NCBI GenBank assembly: GCA_051453625.1
Contig: JBOZIK010000001.1
Location: forward strand, 47,071,378-47,102,667
Direction of reading: 5' to 3'
DNA length: 31,290 nucleotides
Origin: Welwitschia mirabilis
Taxonomy: Eukaryota
Shown: piece by piece, positions 21,751 to 31,290 of the stretch
Layout: the number at the start of each line of letters is the position of its first letter
Numbering within the stretch: position 1 is the first letter of the stretch
Made by a program: the position numbers and the translations under genes
Notes under the pieces: model-generated
What the model was told of the DNA's origin: nothing
The model's input: only the letters and a program-made list of their open reading frames with translations
Databases searched by the model: none

Positions 21751-24700
21751 ATATAGGGAAGGGTGGGGGCATTATTAAAAATTAGATTATTTTTGATTCA
21801 CCATATCTGCCAGAAATTCAGGTTAATCCCATCCAATAAATGCATGTCAGGGGTGCTACAGGTTTGATAGTACTTTGTCATTATGACAATTAATTTCTTA
21901 CTCTAAACGCATCGATGGAAAAGATGCTATATTGTTTCTGGATTAGATTAATAGATGAGACAGTTAAGATCAACTTGAAATCCCCTTTTTGATACTTGAT
22001 CTCTTTTCAAAATCCGATGATGTTCTTTTAGCAAACAGAAAACTTTAATTTTTTTTGGTATTTATCCCCTCCAATATTTCTTGTAACCATCTTATTTGCC
22101 ATACTTCTTGATAAGAATTTATTTCGATGTTTTAATCTGAGAAATGTTCAATTCAGTAAGTTATTGGTGAGCTTTACAAAGATGCTTCCTTACATATGAC
22201 ACCCCTGATCAATAGTCTAGTTTCTATACTTATGATTAATTCAGTTACACTATGGTTGCCCTCCCTCTTGTCATCTCTTTAGGATCCTATGAGCTTCAGT
22301 GAGAATACAATATTTGGGTTTTTGAATCCCCCAACCTCCTGATTCTTTAGGACATGTAATAATGTTTTATTTACAAAGATGTATTTGGTTATGGTCTTTC
22401 CCTCCTAACCAAATGAATCCTGTCAATTTTTTATATTAAATTCTTCAGAAAGGTGATAATGAAAGCTAAATACTAGAAAGATGAGATTAAATAAAAATTT
22501 TTGAGAATGATTTTAGCCTTTGAAGAAAGAAAGTTATTGTGCTAGCAGTTGTACCTCCTTTGGATAGATTCCAAAATGTAATTCCAGATACTAGTTTTGT
22601 GCCAATTTCATAAAGGAATACCTAGGTAGATGTCTTGAAGGTCTTCTAACTTTGTGTTTATGATTAGATTGATTTCGCCTCTTTTGATACATTATCTACT
22701 CAATGTGTGTATTCTTTATTTGTTCCAATTAGTGTGAAGTCTAGTTGCCTCTGCAAATGTAGTCATGGCAATTTTTTATAGCTTTTGCTTGCTAACAGGT
22801 TACCTTGGTGATGATGATGGTATCATCCATGTAGTGATTAATGAGAAATGTTTGACCTCTAATCTTAATTTCTATAACTCCATTATTTCTTAAGAAAACC
22901 TGTAGAAAATTCATCACAAACAGAAAAAGGTATGGGGATAGGGGATCTCCTTGTCTCAAACCTCTTCCCACTGAGAATAAGTTTGATATATGGTTATTGA
23001 CATCCACACTAAATTTAGCAGAAACCTGCATGTCTAACCATAGATTAATAATATCTTGAAATAAGTCGATTTTCCTAAGAATGCACCTTAAAACTTACTA
23101 ACTAACAGAGTTATAAGCTTTAGCAATATCTAATTTAACAATGAAAAGCAGAAATTTATATTTTTGACAGAATGAATAATCTCATAAGTTAAAAGGATTT
23201 GGTCTTGGATATACCTAGAACGAATGAAACCGACTTAGTTCTCTAAAATCACGTTGGGAAGCAAGGGGACAATTCGGCTAATCATAATTTTTATAAAGAT
23301 TCTGTAAATGACATTATAGACCCCGAAGGGTCTAAAGTCCTTTGGTCTACTAGCATTCCCTTTTTTTCAATATGAAAACCACTCTAGTTCTATTCATTTC
23401 TCTAGTAATCCGTCTATTGTGAAATATTTCTTGCATTGCATCATAGAGGTTATCCCCCAGGAGAGAGAAGTATGATTTGAATAGTTCGACTGGCCATCCA
23501 TCAGGACTAGGTGCTTGGTTATTCTTCATCGATGTGACTACAGTTAAAATCTCTTCTCTACTTAGGGGTTTAATCAGCATGTGATTATTCTCCTTTAAAA
23601 GTTTTTTGTTTTCTAAAATTAGGCTAGGGGCGATATCATCCCACTTCCATATTCTCTAAAGATGGACCTGCAGTTCCTTAGCTATTTTCTTTTCATTTTC
23701 TGTGACTTGATGTCCTACTATAATTTTTCTGATTTTATTATCCGATCTATGCTGGTTGGTCTGCTGGAAGAAGAATCTAGTGTATCTATGACCCTCTATA
23801 AGCCACTTAATCCTTGAGCGTTCCCTCCAATAGTGTTCTTTATCCTCATGTATTTCTTAGAGATCCATTAGGCATTAATATTTTTTACTTCAAAAACTGT
23901 CTTGATTACCTCCCTCCTCCTACTTAGCTTAAATGCATTTGAGTTCCTTCTTAAGTTCAGTTTTTAAGTCAAAACTCTTCTTATCTTTCTTTCTCTAATC
24001 TCTTATGTGAGCCTTCAAAGTATTGATGCCTCTGTATAAGAAGGTAATAGATTGGATACCATCATAATGTGCCTAGATCTTTTTTAATAGCACTCTAGTT
24101 TCTGTCTAGTTGATTTAATATTGTTCCATATGAAATGGGGTTTTGGGGGGTGAAAATGCCCCTAGTCTAAGCATGATGAGACGGTGATCCGAGGCAACCC
24201 TGTTCAGACCATGGGCTTCAAGTAAAAGTTTATCTAGATCCTTCCTAGCCAGTACTCTATCAATCTTAGACATTATCAGCTCTATACTTGCTCTTTTGTT
24301 TGACCACATGTATTTGCATCTAGTGATGGGGACGTTTGTGAGAAAGTATCTTACTAAAAAGTCTTTTAGGATTGAAGCCCCTCTAGAGTTCCAGTTGTCA
24401 CCACCTGATTTTTTCTAGTGGTGGAGGTATTATTTAAAGTCTCTCAATATTAGCCATTTAGATTTATCTACTATAGTCTTCTGTGCTTCTTCTAAGACCA
24501 CGGCCTTATCTAGATTATACTGTAGGCTGTAGATATTTGTAACGGTCCATCCTTCATTCTTAAGGAAAATCATAATATGATTCTAACTGCTGCAAATCAG
24601 ATCTACCTCTTCTTTAGTAGAAACCAGAAGGCCACCAGAATTACCTTGGGCCACAACAGAAAAAGATGTCCATTGCTGCCTCAAATTCATATTTCCAATT

Positions 24701-24825
24701 TCATTTTTTATCTTCATTTTCTATAAGCAAACTAAATCAATATTATTTTGACTAATCAGATTTCATAGGGTTTTTTTATTTTAGGAGGACCCTAATCCCT
24801 TGCAATTCCATGAGAGACAATTCAT
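21706..24825 (-). pseudogene. LINE B ORF2 (APE endonuclease, reverse transcriptase, zinc finger); no RNase H
   Basis: MNCLSWNCKGLG at 24825; AQGNSGGLL; WLILRDFK (GDFN); SKIDRVL; ASDHRLI; QAPSPDGW; GRGLRQGDPLSPYLF; HYMDDT 22822-22833; YLGIP; HLFHRC; FWQIW*IKNNLIFNN. Confidence 0.95.
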
Positions 24826-25918
24826 TGGGGGAGTTTTCACCTCTTTTTGGGTGCTTGTCCTTTTTCTAATGTGTCTTCGATAGTAGCTTAAGAAATATTT
24901 GTGATGTTCTCTGCTATTCTGCGTTCACGTAAGGCTCTGTTACTAGGCCTTTCCTTCATCTAGATTTCCACATCATTGGATTCTTCGTCGTATAGGGTTT
25001 ATTGGGTATCATTCTCATTCACGACAGGTTGAAGTGGATTCTTCTATTTGATAACTTTCTTTTTCTTGCTTTCCTTTGGAAAAACAGTGGTTCTTTTTCT
25101 AGTTTATTCCTTCTGTTGCTTATGTCAGCATATGATCTAATTATGACCAGTCTTCCCATAAAAAGTATAGGTTTCTTTTTGCTTTTCTTTGATGTAAATC
25201 AGTCTTTTCCAGCATTCTTCACGAAGATGATCCAATCTTCTATAATGTGAGCATTTCTTCTTGGGAGGAGTACATCTTCTAGAGGGGTGTCCTGATTTTT
25301 CACAGATTGTACAAGAAGGATCAGGAGGTTCTTATATGTAACATCTAGATCATAGTTTCCTCATTTGGATCTAAACTTTATGGATTAGTGCTCTTTAGCA
25401 TCCTTAAGGCTCATCCACACATAAAATCTGGCTAATACTAATCTTATCTAGTTAATAGTGATTCAATTGAGTTTGATCAGATCTCTAAATTGACATGTCA
25501 TTTTCTTTAATAAATATTCATACTAGAACTCTAGAGGAAACTTGTGGATGCAGATATAGATCAGGAATTTCTTAAATAGATTCAGATCCGATTGTGTTTC
25601 CAGCGTCCATTTGGCTAAGGCAAGACCTCTGACTCCAAAAAACCATAGTCCTCTTGTGATTATTTCATCTTGATCTTGTTCATTGTTTAGTTGGAATAAA
25701 ACTAGCCCTTCTAGCATTACAATAATGTCAATCTTACTGACTCCTATCCATTTCATAACGACCTATTCATGGATCCAATCCAACCGAGGTCAAGGACCAA
25801 AAGAGACAAACTTGTCAATGAGGCTGAATCTAAACTTCTTCTTGATTTCACTGCACTCGTCTTCATCGATGTCTAATACAAGGGATTTCCCTTTCCTAGA
25901 AAACTGTGTCTTCTCCAT
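24822..25918 (-). pseudogene. LINE B ORF1 (DUF4283/RRM-like domain + CCHC knuckle)
   Basis: RGLWFFGVRGLALAKW..FLIYICIHKFPLEF* (DUF4283-type GPW..L.L.KW..VWV...LPLE.W); ARFYVWM; CTICEKSGHPSRRC 25272-25313. Start ATG 25918 is tentative. Confidence 0.85.
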
Positions 25919-28900
25919 CTTGGGGATAAACCCCTCAAGAAAATCCTAAAAGCTAATCAAAACTGCAAAACGAATAACTCCCGTAACTTACCTGATGAAT
26001 TCTGTCCTGTAGCCGAAAATGCCCTTCTACTCCATGATTAGGAACTGAAACTGCCCCCACCGATCTGTGATCTTTCAAGACCTGCATCCTCCTGTACTCT
26101 AGATCTACTAGAACCTCTCAAAGCCTTAGAACCCTAGCAGTGATAATTCAAATGTTTAATCTTTTTGAGGAATTTACCAACTTAGAAAAAAAATAATCCT
26201 CAACAAAATAATAAAGAATAGCAATATATAATCAATGTTATTGATAAAGATAATGAAGAAGAGGGAGATATGATCATAGAGCATAATGACAAAAGTGAAA
26301 AGATAATTCAACCAAGTAATGATGAAGTCAACAAGGAAAAGGAGAGGAATAAAAAAGAATCAATTAAAAATCAAATAAACTTAATGAAGAATAGACTTAT
26401 ACCTTTCAATGAAACAGACCAACTTAAAGAGTCTCTACATGTTTCTCTATCTTTTTAACTTATATTTCCATGCAGAACCTCAAAAGATATCCATCTTTTT
26501 ACTTTTAATTCTACATTACCTTATGATATTGATAATGATAACCTCTCTCTTTAGCCCTTTTTAATATTTAAGTAATTCTTCAAATCACATTCATGTCCTT
26601 AAATTTAATAAGACACATCACGTTGAGGACTCTACTCTAAAAATCTCTTAATCCTTTTCTTTTAAAACTTCATGTGCTACAAAAAGTAACATCTTTTCCT
26701 CTTTTGCAAAGACAAATCTGCCTTACACTTTTAATAACTACCCTTTTCAAAAATAATACTTGGAATATCTTAGAACTCTAAATTGAGGAAAACCTTATAT
26801 CTTGATCTAAATCCATGCTTAGAACTAAATGTTAAAGATTTTCTTAGGTATTTTAAACCTATCTTAATCACTCAACTTATAAAGTTTTTTTACAAATCCT
26901 TATATCCCAAATAATACCTCCCATGTTTAATATTAAGCTCTGAATGCAATTTATGTTTTAAATCCTTTATATCATGAGTTTAATAAGAGATTGTTTTTTC
27001 ATGAGTTATATGAACTTTGTATCTCTTGTTTTGCTGTTAAGTCTTGTGAAGATAAAATTTTATGTGGTCATGCTAATTGAAAAAAGTCTTATTTCTTTAT
27101 GAAAATTCATATCTTAAATTGAATGATAGAAAACTTCNNNNNNNNNNNNNNNNNNNNNNNNNNNNNNNNNNNNNNNNNNNNNNNNNNNNNNNNNNNNNNN
27201 NNNNNNNNNNNNNNNNNNNNNNNNNNNNNNNNNNNNNNNNNNNNNNNNNNNNNNNNNNNNNNNNNNNNNNNNNNNNNNNNNNNNNNNNNNNNNNNNNNNN
27301 NNNNNNNNNNNNNNNNNNNNNNNNNNNNNNNNNNNNNNNNNNNNNNNNNNNNNNNNNNNNNNNNCTTTGAGTACCTCCTCACCTGTCTTTTATAATGATA
27401 TTCATGATTTACATCATTTTAATAAGAGGTTGTTTGTTAATGACATTTATCACATTCATCTCTTATTTAAATTTTAAAAGTTGTGTTATCAAAGTTTTAT
27501 CACTCTACTCTCTCTTCCTCTAATTAATTTTACTCAAAAATGATTATATACCTTTTATGTTTTATCAATTAGTGAATTTTCTCTTAGCCTTTTCCTTTAG
27601 AGGCCATTATGATGTCACTTGATCATTTTCAAACATAACTTATGTATTTATTTCTATAACTAGTCTTTGATTTAGATATGTTACGGTGGTAACATTAGAT
27701 TCACCCAATCTTAATACATTCACATATCTATGAACTTCAGTCTAAAGGAAGATGCTTTATTTTTAATGTTTTTCTGAGTAATAAAAGGTCTTAGATTGTT
27801 TAAGGGTTTTCTTTTCTATTTTTTATCTTATTACTTCACCTTTGTCTTTTGGAGTGTTTTGGTTCTTTGTGGGGGAAAAACGTGAAATAAGACTATGATG
27901 TTTTATATTTGAGATAGTTCAAAAACATGGTCACTATGATGTCCTACTGTAAGTGCACCTAGGCAAATTTTTCCGAGAGGGATCTTTCATATTGTAATAT
28001 GTTAGCTATGAGAAATCTACAAGGGGGTCAATTGGCCATGCATCGTGGGTCCTTACTTCTCTGATTATGGTTGCACTTCCCTCATCATGAATAGTTAAAT
28101 AATAAAATAATAAAAACTTGGAGGCTATGGGATTAGTGGTGTTTCTGGTATCATCAGAGGCATTTCTTGTTTTCTAGACTCTTTAATCTTATTATTTAAA
28201 GCATTTAATTTTTAACATCATCATAACTGCTGCCTTATTGAATGAAATTTTTTATACATCAATTCATGCATTTTTAAATCAAGTAATGTTATAATTTCTA
28301 GTTTGCTAGGTTAGAATTTAGGATAGGTACGCTATCTTATTTATGTTGCCTTATGTCCATTCTTTTTGTTTTCTTTTGTTATTTAGTTAGTTATTTCAAA
28401 GTTATTTCTGTATTTTCTTATCATTTTAGGACCTTAACATTTAATAGTTTCTTTACCTATTTTTCAATAAAGAATACTTTTCTTGCTTAGATGAGTTTTC
28501 TTAATAGTTTTATGATATTTATTTTTAGTCTTTTGGAGTTCTAAATGTTGCTATTAATTATTTTTGTGATGGTGCATTTGTTGAGCATTCATGGATCTGC
28601 TTCATTGTAATTAGCACATTTTCATTGTCTACTCTTTCTATGCTTATTAGAATTATTTATACATCTTTATTGCTACACTTAGCTATGCACTTAATTCATC
28701 CATTGTCTAAATTCAAAAGCATCCATCATCTGCCTTTTCATTCTCGTCTGCTTTTTTCATTTTCTTCACTGATACAAGATGTATTGTTTTTCTTCGAGGA
28801 GGGTAGAACTCATCTTCATGTTTCATTTTCATATTTTTTTGAGTTATTTTAGAGCTTTCATAAGACATAATTTTTGAAATTCTCACTCCATACACGTGAT

Positions 28901-29027
28901 GTGTTATGTGTTATTTTGCTATGTAACATGTTTGAAATTATTTATGAACCTATTTTATAATTTTTAAATTGATTTTTTTAAAGATAATTTGGCTTATAAT
29001 TGTAGTTGTTCATCTAGTTTTTGTTAA

Positions 29028-29055
29028 GGACTAAAAAAGGCTAAGTGGAAGGATA
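29028..29055 (+). promoter_or_regulatory. Polypurine tract region preceding the 3' LTR
   Basis: aggactaaaaaaggctaagtggaaggata directly before TGATG; resembles Athila ggactagcaaaagctaagtgtgggg. Confidence 0.7.
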
Positions 29056-30164
29056 TGATGTATTATCAAATTGTATGTATTTGATGGGGTGTTATGAGCT
29101 ATTTTGCAGGAATTTTATACAAGTTTAGATGTAATTCTAAGAATTTTAGAGAGTTGATGGATGAGAACTAAAATACGTAATTCTTGGCATATTTAAAGGC
29201 ATTCCAGGCACTTTCTGATGCTCACTGCTTTAGAAGAAGATCACTAATGCTAAAGTTAATTTCTCTTGAGTTAGGAAGCTAAGGAAAACTGTGATCCTTA
29301 TGACAGATAGGATGATAGACTTGTACATGATAAAAGAGAATACTAACTAGATGGGAGCTAGGACCAATGAAAGCCTCTTTCCTAAGGGTGTCATCCCTTT
29401 CATGTCATCCCCATAACATGAAGGATTAAAAATCACAATGTATGAACCATCATTCCCTTGGTCATCTCCACGATAGTGAGGATGACACTTGTAACCACCA
29501 GTCGATCTTTGTTTGTTTCATTTATTTCTTTCTTATAATTTATCATGTTTTACAGTGCCTTTGGTGTAATGATTTAGTTTATTAGCTCTATAAATAAGAC
29601 CCCTCTTCGAATCTTCTCTCCATCTTCATTTATACTAGATAGCCTCATGATAGGAAATTAAAGGGCTAGAGATCCATCTTGTGAGTTACAGAAAGACGTT
29701 TCATTGGTGAAGGGCTGTGCATCCTTCATTAAGGCTTGGATATTTTATAACCTAGATGCTAGTTCTACTTAATATAAGACTCCATCTCATTTATGCATTC
29801 AATCCTATTATATTTTTCTTATGATTTATGTTGTCCTTGATTAGGTAACAGTTTCATTGACGATATAGGTCTTAAGAGCAGTTTTTGTTAAGCCTAAAGA
29901 AAGTAGTTTTAGATTTATTTTGCATTACATTTAGATTTAGTTACATTTGCATTGCATCTCATCTTTATTTCTTGCACTGTTCTTAAGTTTCGGTTACCAT
30001 ATTCCCTTCAAAAATCAATTCTCATTCTTCTCTCATAAGTCTTCAATAGGTTAAGAAATTTAGGTCACTTCCATTCATACTAGAATGTGTATTTTACAAT
30101 CTATATATTTTGACTAATAGAATTTGGAGTAATACATAAAGTTGCAAAAATACACACTACAACA
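29056..30164 (+). repeat. 3' LTR (1109 bp)
   Basis: tgatgtattatcaaattgtatgta...tacacactacaaca. Shares diagnostic segments with the 5' LTR (catcttcattta.actaga; atctccacgatag) that differ in the solo LTR. Confidence 0.92.
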
Positions 30165-31290
30165 GATGTCTCCCTTGGTGGTTTGCTAGGTTAGAATTTA
30201 AGATAGGTAAGCAATCTTCTCTTTATTCCTTGTGTCCATTTTCATTCTGCATTTCTTTGGTTTTTTTAGTTTATTATTTTAAATTCAGTTATGCATTTTT
30301 TTCATTCTTATATAGGACCTTATCATTTAGTAATTTTCTTATTGTTCATTGATGCAGTATCATTTTTATTTAGCATTTAAATTAATTAGAACATCTTTTA
30401 TGTTTCACAAATTTCATGAGATTCCTTCTATCTTTTGGAGTTTTATACTTTGTCTTTTTTTACTTTTTAGCTTGAGCATATTCATTCATTCTTCATGGTT
30501 AGGTTTAAGCCTAGTTAGTTTATTTTCTTTAGCTACAGTTTTCTTTTATTTTTATTTTTTGCACTTCATTCTAATTTTTACGATTTTCTTTCTTATTTCC
30601 TATTTTTCTGAGTTTTCTAATAAAGCTGGTACTTTTATGATTATATTTGGGCCTAACTTTCTTATCTCATATCTTTATTTTTGAAAAAATTTTCAAAGCC
30701 CCATCATTCATGTAATCATCTAGATGACACCAGGCAGATGATAATCTGATTTTTTCTAAGAGTGATCGTGGGGCTATCGTCTGGATGATATGACTAGATA
30801 ATAGTGCAATAAAACTATAACTCAAATCCTTTTTCCTCATTTTTCTTCATTTTCTTATCATTTCCGCCCATTCCTTTGAGAGATGATGACCCCCTTGAAC
30901 CTTACCAGCACATTGGATTTTGTCCTCCTCGATTTCATGTCCATATCCCCAAGTTTTCAGTGGATTTTTCAAAATTAGGTATGTTTTTCTCTCCCTCTTG
31001 TTTTTTAATTTTTTCTTCCATTTTTTAACCTTTCAATATGTAGTTTTCATGTATGTCTATCAGTCTTCGATTTGGAACAAATGGATTTGATTTTCACTAT
31101 GTATTTTAAAAGTTATGATCAGTTGTATGTTTTATGAGAAAACTTTAACTTTCTATTTGTTGCGGTTTGTATTTATGCAATAGTTCACGTTCAAATTCAA
31201 TCCTATTAATTATAATAAGATGCAAAATACAACACGCTAGTATAGATGGAGTGATCCGAATGTCATAATTCCATCGAAGGCCAATGGTAT
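30165..31290 (+). mobile_element. Continuation of the old Athila-like host element (3' internal region)
   Basis: 30180-30420 is homologous to ~28300-28540; extent beyond ~30700 is assumed. Confidence 0.55.

Larger units (their letters stand above)
20126..26158 (-). mobile_element. Full-length L1-clade LINE, copy B (~6.0 kb), poly(A) tail and 17-bp TSD
   Basis: T-run 20126-20137; TSD atctttttgaggaattt at 20112-20128 and 26159-26175; ORF1, APE-RT-ZnF ORF2 and extra 3' coding region. Confidence 0.96.
17400..26900 (+). pseudogene. Decayed acidic/Asn-rich ORF of the LTR element, interrupted by the solo LTR and LINE B (pieces ~17400-18781, 19905-20128, 26176-~26900)
   Basis: D/E/N/K-rich frames on +. 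Removing LINE B rejoins FYNLINDLFEEF|TNLEK. 22-23-codon repeats at 17749-17935. Product not recognised; boundaries approximate. Confidence 0.5.
15687..30164 (+). mobile_element. Athila-like Ty3 LTR retrotransposon, apparently non-autonomous, with nested insertions; 5-bp TSD GATGT
   Basis: Two ~1.1 kb TG...CA LTRs, PBS after the first and PPT before the last. gatgt at 15682-15686 and 30165-30169. No RT/RNase H/integrase motifs of its own found. Confidence 0.9.

Noticed and set aside
25946-25994. Perfect CAG|GTAAGT donor with nearby acceptor in the LINE 5' leader (minus)
   Set aside because: The implied intron is only 46 nt, short for plants, and does not restore a frame; only one copy is available to compare.
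27077-27395. ORFs spanning N runs (also 9791-9997)
   Set aside because: Artefacts of translating assembly gaps.
30349-30684. Hydrophobic 111-aa ORF as an env-like membrane protein (similarly 2560-2862, 11309-11521, 12075-12341, 25002-25250)
   Set aside because: F/L/I-rich frames arise from T-rich or antisense TE sequence; no conserved counterpart was seen in the homologous 28450-28600 region.

Overview
AT-rich, repeat-dense plant nuclear DNA made almost entirely of decayed, nested retroelements. No intact host gene, RNA gene or CRISPR array is recognisable. From left to right: (1) a CpG-retaining ~0.8 kb stretch; (2) four adjacent short tandem duplications; (3) an old Ty3/gypsy pol relic (-); (4) an L1-clade LINE, copy A (-, 5' part lost in an N gap); (5) the 5' half of a Sirevirus-like Ty1/copia element (-); (6) a nest of Athila-like Ty3 elements. 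In the nest, an old element hosts a 14.5 kb LTR-to-LTR element (TSD GATGT), which in turn hosts a same-family solo LTR (TSD AAGAT) and a full-length 6 kb LINE, copy B (17-bp TSD). Main finding: both diverged LINE copies carry, directly after the ORF2 zinc finger and in place of an RNase H domain, a ~1.5 kb extra coding region. It reads as a plant-transposon accessory (Transposase_32/PMD-like) domain, a Ser/Pro-rich linker, a DnaJ/Hsp40 J-domain (HPD reconstructable from the two copies) and a hydrophobic tail. All translations and alignments were done by eye and need HMM or structure confirmation.
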